Assembly: GCA_964199315.1 (NCBI GenBank)
Contig: OZ116700.1
Coordinates: forward strand, 34,596,001 to 34,660,000
Reading direction: 5' to 3'
From: Orbicella franksi
Lineage: Eukaryota
Length of the DNA stretch: 64,000 nt
Position numbers and translations under genes: made by a program
Shown here: positions 1 through 11,978 of the stretch, one piece after another
Numbering within the stretch: the first letter of the stretch is position 1
How the letters are laid out: each line of letters begins with the position of its first letter
The notes under the pieces: generated by a model
What the model was told of the DNA's origin: nothing
The model's database searches: none
The model's input: only the letters and a program-made list of their open reading frames with translations

Positions 1-451
1 GTCGAAATTCGAGTGAAAAAAGAAAACATAAAAAATGACAAAACTTCAATGATGTAGATTCAGGTGTAAAAGCAAATCTAGATCCTTTTAACAGAGCAAT
101 CATCGTTAAAAGCAATGTTACACAGATTTATTCTAGGTTAATAAACACAGGTGCCATGTTCTCGAAGTTGTCAAAAGAAGTTCTAGCAGTTAAATTAGTT
201 ATGACAATAGTATAAATGTTTTCTGAACCACTCTTCGTAAAGATTCCGTCCTATTTATAACTTTAAAAATGATGTGAAATTTTGACAGTAGTTAATGACA
301 CAAAAAATAGAATTGTGAGTTTCATAGAATACATACTGAAGTATAATCAACATTCATATTTACTCCGTTTTGGTTCCTTTGCTCTCTTATGGTAAGGCCA
401 GGGGGTCATTTCCTCACCGCATAGTAACTTTACTATATGTTACTTTCGCTC

Positions 452-477
452 CAACATCTAGTTGCAACTAGATGTTG
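452..477. repeat. Perfect 26-bp palindrome
   Basis: CAACATCTAGTTGCAACTAGATGTTG is its own reverse complement. Confidence 0.9.
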
Positions 478-799
478 ACGAAATAATTCTTTTTCAACTC
501 TCTTTCCGTGGATCAAAGAAGCTGTAAGATGCCAGAAAAAAAAAAGAATAACGAAACGCAAGTGATCAACTGAGTTTTCTTAATTTATAAATTAAGATCA
601 CATATATATTTTCCAAAAACAAAGGCTCGATAATCCAAAAAAGGGAGTACCGCGTGTGGGACATTCTTGGGTTGGAGAGTTCACCATTTAGTTTTGCCCT
701 GAGAGACATGGATCGACTCCACTGGCTTTCACTTGCATAAAACTTGAATGACGAGCTAAAACCCGAGAAAAGGGGGTATTAAATGACTGGTGCATAAGT

Positions 800-858
800 A
801 ACCTGTGATCACGGGTTCTTTTTTTTTTTCGGCGAAAAAAGTAACGCCTCGCAGGTAA
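800..858. mobile_element. Short MITE-like element related to 13750-13827
   Basis: aacctgtgatcacgggttc(t)n cggcg(a)n gtaacgcctcgcaggt; degenerate inverted ends. Confidence 0.45.
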
Positions 859-2058
859 AAGCATAAGTCACGAGGAGAGTTTCTCCTTGTCACTTGAGCT
901 CCTCAGCTGCGTCAACCGATCACAAATATTGGAGTTCTGGATGATTGATGTGATCGTTTGTCAAATCAAACCAATTAGACTTTAAGTGATCCTTTATCAG
1001 CTGTGTTTGCTATTGCTTGCTTGAGTTTTGTTAAAAGAGCACAGCTGATGCCTACACTGTTTTTTTTCCGACTATGCTTCTGTTCGCCAACTTTATCACT
1101 GAATCGATCACGAAATAACTGCAAATATAGTCGTAAGTGGTCTTTATCTCTGTTTTTGTTTTGCTTGCTATCATCTTCCTTCATGACTTAGACTGACCGG
1201 AAAAACTGTGGAAAATGCAAACTCTTCTACATCTCTGGGTATCCAATGGGCAAGAACGGCTCTGAAATAAAAACTCTGGCGGGACTAATGATAGAATCCT
1301 GCGTTTTTGAACTCTTCTTTTTGCACAAGACGACGATCGCCGTCTCTTTTGTCTTTAGTTGATGCTTTTTTTTTCGTTCAATTTTCGAAAATTCAAGGTG
1401 GCTCAGAATCCACTTCCAACTGTATTTTTTTAACTTGGCAAAAAGTTTAATCTTGACATGTTAATTACAATTCGATGATGAAAAATGGGTCACGTACTCG
1501 TTTTTAAGTTATAAGCCCATCAAGCTAAAATTAAGCGAGCGTTCATCATCAACTTATACCAATTGTAATTTGTAAAATCACCAGAGCTTGTTCACCAGTC
1601 TGATTGAGCGTTTGTTCGATGCCATTATTGTTGTGTCAACTGAAAAAGATAGTATAGTAAGTATTAATATATCGAAGTAGAAGTGCTGAAAGGTGATGAA
1701 AACCTGTGTTCGAGTCACCTTAGTCTTATTTCTCGTCAAAACAAGTTAAATGTGTGAAGCAGCCACATTTTCAATATTCTGCTGAATTTTGCTCAATTTT
1801 CTAATGGTCGGCTTAGTCACAGGTTTGCCCAGTGGATGTAGTCTTTAATTCTTGTTTAATTTGCCCCGCTTCAGGTTTTCTCCCTCAATACCGTAATTAT
1901 TTAACAGTGTCAGGTAAATTGTGTATAATTTATTGTGAAAAATGCAAAGCAACTTCATTGTAGATTTCAGTTATATTCGTTTTCATTTTTCCGTTTTAAA
2001 GAAAAACTTTCTCTGGAATAACTCTTTTTTATGAAAAACAAGGCACCTGTGCATGTAT

Positions 2059-2202
2059 ATGATGACGAGCAAATCGGTAGGTAGGTAGGTAATTTGATGA
2101 TCGGTGAAGACAGGGATTTGTGACAACTGCCACGCCAGTAAGTTGCCAAGTGTTCCAAACACACCCACGATAGAATTTATTGAGATCAGGGCAACGCCAC
2201 GG
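2059..2202 (-). pseudogene. Inverted, truncated 5' fragment (TM1-TM2) of the neighbouring GPCR family
   Basis: Reverse complement aligns to GPCR1 from about 3088 onward (VAL..NSIVGVFGTLGNLL..VAVVTN); 2135-2177 is the exact 43-nt reverse complement of 3113-3155. It has a 4-nt deletion and an (ACCT)n stretch replacing part of TM2. Confidence 0.85.
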
Positions 2203-3022
2203 AAAAAAACAATCTTTTGTTCAAAGGGAAGTAAGAAAGCTATCTTAAAATTTGTCGACTGTAATTAAAAAAACAAGTGTCGCTCTTTAAAACGAATTAT
2301 CTGGTGATATGCTTTGTATTGATACGCTCGGTAAAGAATTACAGACATTTCCTGATAAATACATACGGTCGGTTTCCGCTCATACATCAAACCGTACACC
2401 AAAACCTCGAAAAACCTACGGTTGGATAAAATAACTGCGAATATAACTCTAAACTGTGACACTGATTCAAAGTCCTTTTAATTAACGAGTGGTATTCATT
2501 ATGTAATCTTCCCTCACGAATATCAACTCGGCGAGTTGTTGAGCTGTATACTTCACAGCTATAATGCTCAACAATAATCCCGACTGGTTAGGACTGGGAT
2601 TGTTGGTTTGAAGGAATGAAGACCATGTATGGAGTTTTATGTGATTTCCTATTGACGTCATACCGCCTAAGTAAAGGCTAAAATTAAGTGTTGCTTTTAA
2701 ATGTCAGTAGCAGGACTGGTATTTATATAAGATGATGATTTAAAACCTTTTTTGACCGCATTGTTTGAGATTATTTCTGCAGGGATAGTTAGAAAGGAAG
2801 TGAAGCTTAAGCATTGTCCCTTCCTTCAAATGACATATTGTCAAGAGAAAATTCAATACCTTTAATTTGTTTTGGAATGCTCATCTAAAATTAAACAGCA
2901 GCTGAAAGGTTAATATTGACGGCTGAGAGTGGCTTGCACGGATTTTTGTTAATCAAAGCAGTGATGTTAGACTGATACTGGACTCAAATCACTACTGATC
3001 AGAAGAGTGACGAGCGTCAGCT

Positions 3023-3931
3023 ATGAACTACACATCAACTGAGCCGTCTTACAACCTCTCAACAAAAGACTGTTCTCTTCCATTAGCTCATGGCGTCGCT
3101 CTGATCACAGTGAATTCTATCGTGGGTGTGTTTGGAACACTTGGCAACTTACTGGTTTGCGTGGCAGTTGTTACTAATCCTCGTCTTCGTCGATTCCCAA
3201 ACTACCTTCTGTTCAGTTTGGCGATTGCTGATTTGATCGCCACCATGGTGTGCGAGCCTCTCGTCGTAGCAATCTTCACTAAGAGGACATTTCAAAACGC
3301 CTGTGCAGATAATATGGAACGAGTCTATTTCATTGTCTCCAATTTTTCAGCGTCTGCCTCTGTGGTGCACTTGTCGACCATCAGTGTTGATCGTCTCTTT
3401 GCAGTTGTTTGTCCTCTTCGTCATAGAGGCATCATGGAGAACTTTGGGTGGAAATCCATGCTTGTTGGGTGTTGGACGTTGCCCGTGGGATTTCTTTTGT
3501 TTGGTAGGTTTGTTCCTGCGCCTGTTTCAGTGAAAGCTTTCGCCAACCTAGCAGTATTTATCTTGTTTTATGGTATTGTTTTCGTGTCATACACAGTGAT
3601 TGTAATATCACTGGTCAAACAAAGGAAACGAGTAAACCAGATCAATGCCACCTCTCCTGTCGATACCAATTCACGCCGTGAAACCCGTGTTGCTGTTACC
3701 CTGGCGATTGTGGTCGTCGTTTTCACTGCTTGTTGGTTTCCGTTGTTCGTTGTCTTCGCGGTTGCTGGCAAACCGCTGGTCAAGATTCACGGAACTGCAC
3801 ACATGTGGATCAGGACCTTGGCACTGTCAAACTCCGCTATGAACTTTATTATCTATGGCTCGAGAATGCGTAATTTTACTGACACTTACATTGAGATATT
3901 TCAAAAGACACTCAGGTTTGCGGGGCGTTAA
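3023..3931 (+). CDS. Intronless orphan class A (rhodopsin-like) GPCR, paralog 1, 302 aa
   Basis: Seven hydrophobic segments; GN in TM1, SLAIADL in TM2, ISVDRL (DRY variant), FTACWFP in TM6, SNSAMNFIIY (NPxxY variant); N-terminal N-glycosylation sequons. Confidence 0.95.
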   Translation: MNYTSTEPSYNLSTKDCSLPLAHGVALITVNSIVGVFGTLGNLLVCVAVVTNPRLRRFPNYLLFSLAIADLIATMVCEPLVVAIFTKRTFQNACADNMERVYFIVSNFSASASVVHLSTISVDRLFAVVCPLRHRGIMENFGWKSMLVGCWTLPVGFLLFGRFVPAPVSVKAFANLAVFILFYGIVFVSYTVIVISLVKQRKRVNQINATSPVDTNSRRETRVAVTLAIVVVVFTACWFPLFVVFAVAGKPLVKIHGTAHMWIRTLALSNSAMNFIIYGSRMRNFTDTYIEIFQKTLRFAGR

Positions 3932-6892
3932 AGTACAACGTAGTCAGAAAGATACACCAATGTCGTCTAATCCAAAATGTCCGTTTCTTGTATCGTCCGA
4001 ACAATTAAGGGTGAAAATGAACATGTTACCTTTTTAAGTGTGAAGTAGTTACTAGTTAATCCACTCAGTCCACTTCAAGTTAAACTTACAGTTACAGATG
4101 TATTGTAATTGATGGTGACAAATGGCACAGTAAAACATAATAAGGACTGTATTTGTTTAGTTTAGTAGCCTGTAAATTTTGACTCTGGCAAGAAGTGACT
4201 TTTCAAGTGTACTCCCTCGTTTGTTCTTTTCTTTACCTTAAATTTTCATTTTGCCTTTAACTATCTCGTTTTTCATTTACGTTATTTCGTTAGAAAAAGG
4301 TTGATAGACAGCTGTGTCATAGGTATGTATGCACACGTGCTATTATGCTTTATTACAACAAAAAATTCAACAAATTTGATTATACTCTGCACAAATCCCA
4401 CATGTTGGATTTCTGTGGAAATCCAAATAGACCTAAGAAAAACTGGGGCGTTCACAGGAAAAACTAGCCTGTGATTCAGCGTCAATAGTAATCCCAGGAC
4501 TGAACTATGATTTTATAAGTAAGGGTATAAATTAGTCTTTGATTAATCTTTCAGTGAACTGAGAGAGCCCGGTGAAAGGCGTGGCGGCCATATTGGTTGT
4601 ACCAATACTTCTTCATGCCAGTGTCAATATTCTGGGACAACTGTTGTTACCGTATCAGTTGACAGTTACACTGATGTCAGTGTAGATATGTTATCAAGAG
4701 CCTAACAAGAGCTTACCAAGAGCCGAATGAATCATTAGGCCGGAGAACAAAATTCATCGCGAATTCATGCTATCAGGCCAAGCCTTAGAACTGCGACTAA
4801 CCATTTAACATGTAAAATTTACGTTAGAGTTCACCTTCACCTTATATGCGAGGCAGTGTTGTAGCAACTTCGTACGGGTTTATACATTCTACCCGGCTTT
4901 GTGGTTTTGAACCATGCGAACTGAAACAAGAAAAATATAGGATCTTACATGAAGTGATAACCTCTGAATTAATGAACTATGAATCTAGAGCTGGTTTAGT
5001 GAGATGTGGACCTAAAACAGTTGCTGTCGCTGTTGTAATTTTTTTTCCTGCTCTAGATATGAGCAGTAAACAAGTAACTTACACTATAATGCACCAGCCG
5101 GTATGCTGGAGTCAAGATCGAGCGCTCCGCCCGTTTGGAGCCCTGGCCTGTGTCACTGCGTGTTTTTCTTAGTTAAAACGGCAGTTTTGCCATGAAATAA
5201 AGGTTTAGATGATAATTTGTTAAAACAGATTGCATCGAGAATACCAGGCTGTCCGTCACTGAAGGCAACAACTGCTCTCGTGTGACCACTATAAACAGTT
5301 TGTTAGCAGGTGCTCCTAACAAAAAGCGCTAATTATCAACCTTCTGCCTATGGATCTTCCGCTTATGCTTACGCAAAAGTGAAAACCAACCTCAACAGCA
5401 ACAAATCGCCGTGAAATGATTGTCAGTGTTACGTCCCAAAGGTAACAAATGCATTGTTGATACTGCAAATACAGTTTACTTTGGGCGAAGCAAACTTTTC
5501 TCTTGACATATGCAGATTGCTTTTGGTCAAATCAACCACTGGTACATCAACAGAAATTAAAATTAGAGTTTTAGAGTAGGCATTTTGAACTCGCGGGGCC
5601 GTACAAAGGAAACCTCAACTGTGGACTTTGAACAGAAACTGTACAAGAGTGGACTTTGATGTCACGGATCAGCTTCATGAGCAATCACAAAAATTTACGC
5701 ACAATATCTCGCGGAAATGGACCACAAAGCCCGCTATGTAAAACTTCAAATACAGAAAAAGGAAGTCTGTTTCATTGTAAAAGCCGTTTATCTGTCACGG
5801 GAGAAAGTGTCCAACTTTTACCACTTCTATCTAAGACTACAACACATCTAAATATAAAACATGGACACTTGGTCAACGAAAGAGCAATTGTTTTGGAGCT
5901 GTATGAGGAGGAAAGAAAGCGCGGATTATCAAGAGAAGAAAGCGGATGGATTCGGTGGTCACACAGCGCCGTGAAAAGGTTAAAGGCTCCTTCCATGACA
6001 CCTTACGGGTTAACGAGACAGGTGCATGAAAAAAACTGCCTTGATATTTGATGGACATGCATGTGCATCAAAAGAAAGCTAAGTAGTCCATTACGGAAAT
6101 TTATACATACGAAAAACTTGGGGAGGCTTGGAAGTAGCTGAAGACTTTGCTGCTACTAATATAAATAATATGTCATGTTTATTATCAAATCTTCAATATT
6201 GGTCGCAAACTACCTAGAAAGGTCATTAAAATGATAAAAATAAAAGATAACATGAAGATAAATAAACAGCATTTCACTTATAAGTCAGTGAGGTATACAG
6301 TATGGATTAATACGAACCTATTCTCGTGTATGTTGGACCGGCGAGGCCATATTATGAATTGTGACAATGTTACACAAGGTTTTTTAAGTATGACAGAAAA
6401 ATATTGTGCCATATCAGCCCTTGACAACGGTATTATGTTGTTGTTTTTGAAAGATCTCCATGTAAATTGACGTGTTATTGGAAAATTTGGAAGATAAGTA
6501 AATTATAGAAGGAAGAATTTAAAATGAAATGATATTACCAAAGGGAAGCTCACGCGATGGCTATCTGCTTGCAGAGCTTAAAGCTTTTCAGATAAATGCC
6601 ACAAGAAAGGACTTCAAAGTAAAGTTTACAGTGAGAACAATTGAAAATGAAAATAGAATCCTTTTTTACTCAACGGTAACTTATTGGTCGTCCGAGACAA
6701 TAAAACGCTATCTTCTAGAATTCCAAAATACTGGGCATCTTCCGGTCCACTCGCACACACTTTTAAATTTGAGTACCTCTGTATATTTTTATTCAGTTGA
6801 CGTAAGTGTGTGGTCAGGACGACACATAATGACTATTCCGGCATGATCTTCTTGCATTCATTGTTGAGCAAGTCTTGTGCCGACTCTTTGCG

Positions 6893-7813
6893 ATGAATCA
6901 AACCTCGAGCAACCCCAGTACTAACCTTTCTCAGGGAGGCTGCTCTCTGCCAGTCGCTCATGGCGTTGCTCTCATCACAGCAAATACTTCGGTGGGTGTG
7001 TTTGGAACATTTGGCAACTTACTGGTTTGCGTGGCAGTTGTTACAAATTCTCGTCTTCGCCGAGCATCGAACTATCTTCTCTTCAGTCTGGCGATCGCTG
7101 ACTTGATCGTCACCATGATTTGTGAGCCTCTGGTTGTAGTAATCCTCGGCAAGATAACCTTCTCTAATGATTGTGCTACCAACCTGGAACACGCTTACAA
7201 AATGTTATCCAGCCTGTCGGGTTCTGCCTCAGTAGTGCACATGGCGGCAATCAGTGTTGATCGTTTTCTCGTCGTCCGGTTGCCTCTATGCCATGAAATT
7301 TTCATGGAGAAGTTCGGATTGAAGATTATGCTGATAGCGTCCTGGGCATTCCCCGTTACAGTTCCTATCTTGAGCGCAGTGCTCCCCGACTCCTTCCCCA
7401 AGGCTTTCCTGGGGCTTGCCACCTTCGCCCTGAGCTATGCTATCATTATGGTGTTTTACGCGCTGATTGTGGCATTTCTGATCAAGCTGAGGAAGGAAAG
7501 AAACCAGCAGACACCTCGCACACTTTCCGTGCAAATCAATTACCGCGTTGAAATACACGTTGCCTTCACGCTGGCGATAGTGATCGGCGTTTTCACCCTT
7601 TGTTGGTTTCCGCTGGTAATCGCCTTGTTCGCCGCTGGTAAATCATTGGTCAAACCGCAAGGAGCTGCACACATGTGGATCAGGACTGTGGCTTTGTCAA
7701 ACTCAGCCATGAACTTTCTGATATATTCTTTAAGAATCGCAGATTTTCGCCAAGCGTATGGCGCAATATGCCGTAAGATGTGCAGCCTCGCAGGAAAGAA
7801 ATATCGCCGCTAA
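6893..7813 (+). CDS. Intronless orphan class A GPCR, paralog 2, 306 aa
   Basis: Same motifs as paralog 1 (GN, SLAIADL, ISVDRF, FTLCWFP, SNSAMNFLIY). ATG at 6893 (MNQTS) preferred over the TTG-started 6875 by alignment with the paralogs. Confidence 0.95.
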   Translation: MNQTSSNPSTNLSQGGCSLPVAHGVALITANTSVGVFGTFGNLLVCVAVVTNSRLRRASNYLLFSLAIADLIVTMICEPLVVVILGKITFSNDCATNLEHAYKMLSSLSGSASVVHMAAISVDRFLVVRLPLCHEIFMEKFGLKIMLIASWAFPVTVPILSAVLPDSFPKAFLGLATFALSYAIIMVFYALIVAFLIKLRKERNQQTPRTLSVQINYRVEIHVAFTLAIVIGVFTLCWFPLVIALFAAGKSLVKPQGAAHMWIRTVALSNSAMNFLIYSLRIADFRQAYGAICRKMCSLAGKKYRR

Positions 7814-9569
7814 ACTTTATTCAAAAAGACAGATCGAAGCGAAGTTTGCAAGAGCCTGGGTTCTTTAATTGCCAAGTGTAGGTTTTCAGGACAGATATGA
7901 GGCCACCGAAGCTACCAAGCCGGCACTGCAGAGTCACCAGCAATAAAGCGAATAAAAAAAAACCCTTAAGGATGTAGAAAAGTTCACGCGCAGAGCTCAA
8001 AGTATACCGACCGTGTAGGCGGCTGAGCTTAAGTAAGGCAGCAGATTACACTCACAACCTGACATCGTCCACTAAGCCCTTTCCTAAGATCACAACACCT
8101 CCTCCTTCCACTAATATTTAAGCATTTAGCTGTTAAATTCAGTCTAGAGGATCCAAGGTTCTTAATGTTCCTCATTGCAAATAGCTGTAAATAGTAGTTA
8201 TAGAATCTTAATGTTTCAATATCAGGAGTTACTGTCAATATATATGTATAATTCAAGTTCGATTTGATATTTTTCAATCTCTTTCAACACAGTTGCAAGT
8301 TATCACTGCAATAGAAGCTAATAGAGCTTTTAATTATTATCATTCCTAAGCCGTTTTTCCTTTGTTCAATTCCTAACTAGAACCTCTGGTAGATTTAACG
8401 ACATTAATTATTTTCTTTAGTCTCATTTTTTTTTTAATTCAGTTGTAATATACAATTAGAATAGCACTCCCAAAACAAGAGGCCCTTTTACATAGGAAAT
8501 GAAGATGGTTATTAGTGAAGTTGAGAATGGAAATAAATCACGTGATGTGTGGGTTGAAGATGTCATTCATTGCGCTTTGTTCATTTGGCTCAGGTTTCTT
8601 TCAGATTTCGCGCGACCTTTATATTGCCTACAACGGGAATTTCTCTCGGGGCAAGCATTACATAGCACTGATCCCCTTAAAAAAAGGCTTAGACTCTCAG
8701 TAAGTTTTAGCTCGTTTTTCGTTAATCGCACAACGCTGCATGCCACTGAAATAAAAGAGCGCGGGTTTTTGCGAGAGCTTGTTGATGGACAGATCCGGAT
8801 TGCCGTCAAGTACTCTTTCAGGTTTCTTCTAACCCGCACGCTTCTTTTTAATTTTTGTTAAGATGAAAGGTTCCGGAAACCGGGGGAAAGCTCACCTATC
8901 CGCTACTGATTGCATTCACTCAGGCTTTTGAGTTTTCTCACTTTCGTGCTCAGTGTCTTAAGCTAATATCGATATTAGAAGGAATGTGATATGGACTCAA
9001 ACGCACGCACGCTCTTAATAAAGCTCTTAGTGATCTCTCTTGCTCACGTACTGCATACAAGCTGTAAGTAACATCGACTGGGTCGGGTTTTATTGCTGAG
9101 ATGCAAATTCAGTTGCATTTTTGCGTCCCGCTTTCTTGTTTTCTCTCTTGTTTGAACCTCATTTCAATCTACCATGAAAATATTACACCTCAAACTAAGG
9201 ATGAATTTCTTTCAAATAACATTCTTTGAAACGTAAGTAGCTGTTAAAAATAGCGTGTACGTGAAGTACGCAGTCTGCAATTGTGGCTTGTTGTTTACCG
9301 TAAAAGCTTTCGGTCTAAAAGCAAAACCAAGCACAAAGAGGGAAAATTTCAAAACCTTGTCAACAAAAAAGAACAAGAATCATTTTTTTCCCCAACAATT
9401 TTCAGCATCTCATAATGACTCAGTTGTATTTTTCCGCATATTAAGTTTGACCACCTGTTCACACTTTATTCAGTTGATGTGAGCATTTCAGCGGAACACA
9501 AATCAGAATGACGTTTATGCCTTGTTATCCCTATCCTCACGGATGCTCATGAGGACAGAGCCTTCTGCA

Positions 9570-10481
9570 ATGAATTACACATTTAGCAATTATTCTGGAG
9601 GCGACTGTTCTCTTCCACTGGCTCATGGGCGTCGCTCTCATCACAACGAATGCTGTCTTGAGTGTGTTTGGAACATTTAGCAACTTACTAGTTTGTGTGG
9701 CAGTTGCTACAAACCCCGTCTTCGCCGATCATTAAACTACCTTCTGTTCAGCTCGGCGATCGCTGATTTGCTCGTCACCATGGTGTGTGAACCTCTCCTG
9801 GTTGCAATCCTCGGCAAGATAACATTCTTTAATGACTGTGCCGCAAATGTAGAACGAATCTACAAAACATTATCTAGAGTGTCGTGTTTTGCTTCAGTGG
9901 CTCACATGGCGGCCATCAGTGTTGATCGTTTTATTTCTGTCGTGTACCCTCTACGCTACAAGAGCATCATGGAAAGCCGTGGATTAAAGATTATGCTTAC
10001 AGCGTCTTGGCTATTCCCATTTACAGTTCCTATCCTAAGTGTCTCCATTCCTGACTCATTTCCCAAAGCCCTGTTGGCGGTTGGAGCGTTCACCTTCATG
10101 TATGCTATCATTGTCGTGTTTTACTCGTTGCTCGTGGCATTTCTGGTCAAGCGTCGGAAGCAAAGGAATAAACTTAGAGCTCACTCATCTGGAAATGCCA
10201 ATCAGTCAAGCGTTGAAATCCGCGTCGCCTTTACGCTGGCCATTGTGATTAGCATATTCACCGCTTGTTGGTTTCCGCTGATGATCTCCTTGTTCGCCGC
10301 TGGTGAAACATTGGTCAGGCCGCAAGGAACTGCACACATGTGGATCAGGACTGTGGCTTTGTCAAACTCAGCCATGAACTTTCTGATTTACACTCTTAGG
10401 ATGCCAGATTTTCGCCAGGCGTATGTCGCGATATGCTCTAAGGTGTGCAGCCTTATAAGAGGAAGAAAAGGGCGCTGCTGA
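9570..10481 (+). pseudogene. Class A GPCR paralog 3 with two frameshifts (pseudogene or consensus error)
   Basis: ATG 9570 (MNYTFSNYSGGDCSLPLAHG) is in the same frame as ORF 9693-10481, but an extra G at 9627-9629 and a missing C at 9714-9717 relative to the paralogs leave an in-frame TAG at 9678-9680. TM2-TM7 are intact. Confidence 0.85.
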
Positions 10482-10760
10482 ACTCCACATTCATCAGTTT
10501 AGCCAGAGAATTCAGAGAAGAAGGAAACATTAGCGAAAGTCTGGATTTTGAAGTTTATCTTCTGTGATCTGTTTCAGCTCTTTATATAAGTAAATTATTT
10601 GACTCTTTTTAGTGTAGTGGCGCTTAACGATGGACGCAAACGCGGTGAATGAAAGAAAAGTCTTTCCTCGCGCTTATACTCCTTTGTTTCCAGTTTTAAC
10701 TCTGCATACGTGTTCCAGCACGTAAAACGCGAGCTATGTTACAAGGAACATCTTTTTTTC

Positions 10761-10799
10761 ACTCTGATGAAGGTGGACAGTTGCCACCGAAAATTCAGT
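10761..10799 (+). ncRNA. Candidate minimal type I hammerhead ribozyme motif (Penelope-type)
   Basis: act-CTGATGA-A-GGTGG-acagttg-CCACC-GAAA-at-TC-agt: both core boxes, perfect 5-bp stem II, 3-bp stem I (act/agt), palindromic AATT in place of stem III. Confidence 0.45.
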
Positions 10800-11378
10800 A
10801 AACAAACAACCTACAGATCGGATATGTTCAAGTCAAATAATCATTTGACTGTTTACTACCGTTAATTCTGATCGGGATCAAACCGTGAAGCTTTTGAGTT
10901 CTCTCACTAAACTTTCGTTCACTTTTGCTTTAGGCTAATGAATCTCTAAAGCTTCACTGATTTCCTCTCGCACGCATACTGAATCGTGTCCATCGCAACT
11001 CAGCAAGCTGTAAAACAGAATTTCTTTGGGCTGCACATATCTCAGGGGGTCTGTGCAATCTCTGTCCTGGCATGGTCGGTTTAAATTTGTATTCTTTTTC
11101 ATTTGAACTCCCAGTTGTGAAAACCATGGATATATTGTACGTCAAAGACACAACGAACTCGATATTGGAATCAGTATTGTTTGATGCATAAATGTTTTTG
11201 AAAAAAGCATGCAAATGGGCACAGGATGTCAGTGAATGAAGCGACGCTAAGCTACATTTGTGAACTGTATTACACTTTATATTCATCGCAACAAGAACAA
11301 TCATGACATTGATCAAATTGTTCCTTTACACGTAAGCAACGTAATAAGCTTGATAAATATATGCAATTAAATGGACCT

Positions 11379-11978
11379 TTAACTAATGTGTTTTTGCTTG
11401 TCTCTTTTAAGGACCGGCAATCTATACGAACAGCCTAACGTTGGTATATCCACAGGTTCAAGTAATTTCTTTCGTCCCCTCGGCAAACTTTTTAAGTCCA
11501 CGCTTAATTTTCCAGTGCCGGCGAAATCAAACGTTGCGACATCTCGCCGAAGGTCAAGTCTGCTAATATCGTCCATTCGCTTAGTCCAGTTGTGACTCTG
11601 CCTCCAACATTTTGAATTCTCCATCTTGGGTAACCGCCATGGTTTTTGGCTGTGAAATCGGTTGTTATATTGAGTTATTTCGTAGTGATGGCTTATTCCC
11701 AGGTTAATACTCAATTGGCGAATTCGCTTCACTTCATCATCGAGAAGAATAACAATGTCTGCAGTGTCGTAATCCGAAACCGAAGGCTGTAAGGAAGGAG
11801 ACGTCGGTCTTTCTTTATCGGAAAACAAAATACTTTTGCTTGCCTTGCCGCTTTCTAATGGTGGTAATCTGTCCATTAATCTGCTGCTGAACGAAGAATG
11901 CTTTCCTTGGCTCTTTGAATTGAGTTTTTTGGTGTTGCCGAAGCCGTTATAGCCATTTCTGACAACAATATCGGCCAT
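11379..11978 (-). CDS. Uncharacterised single-exon protein, about 199 aa (MADIVVRNG...KQKHIS)
   Basis: Open 211-codon frame in AT-rich DNA; ATG at 11978 in aaaATGG context; no recognisable domain. Confidence 0.6.
   Translation of the reverse strand: MADIVVRNGYNGFGNTKKLNSKSQGKHSSFSSRLMDRLPPLESGKASKSILFSDKERPTSPSLQPSVSDYDTADIVILLDDEVKRIRQLSINLGISHHYEITQYNNRFHSQKPWRLPKMENSKCWRQSHNWTKRMDDISRLDLRRDVATFDFAGTGKLSVDLKSLPRGRKKLLEPVDIPTLGCSYRLPVLKRDKQKHIS

Noticed and set aside
5656-6051. 131-aa ORF between GPCR1 and GPCR2
   Set aside because: No recognisable domain or splice context; could be a decayed TE but this cannot be supported by eye.
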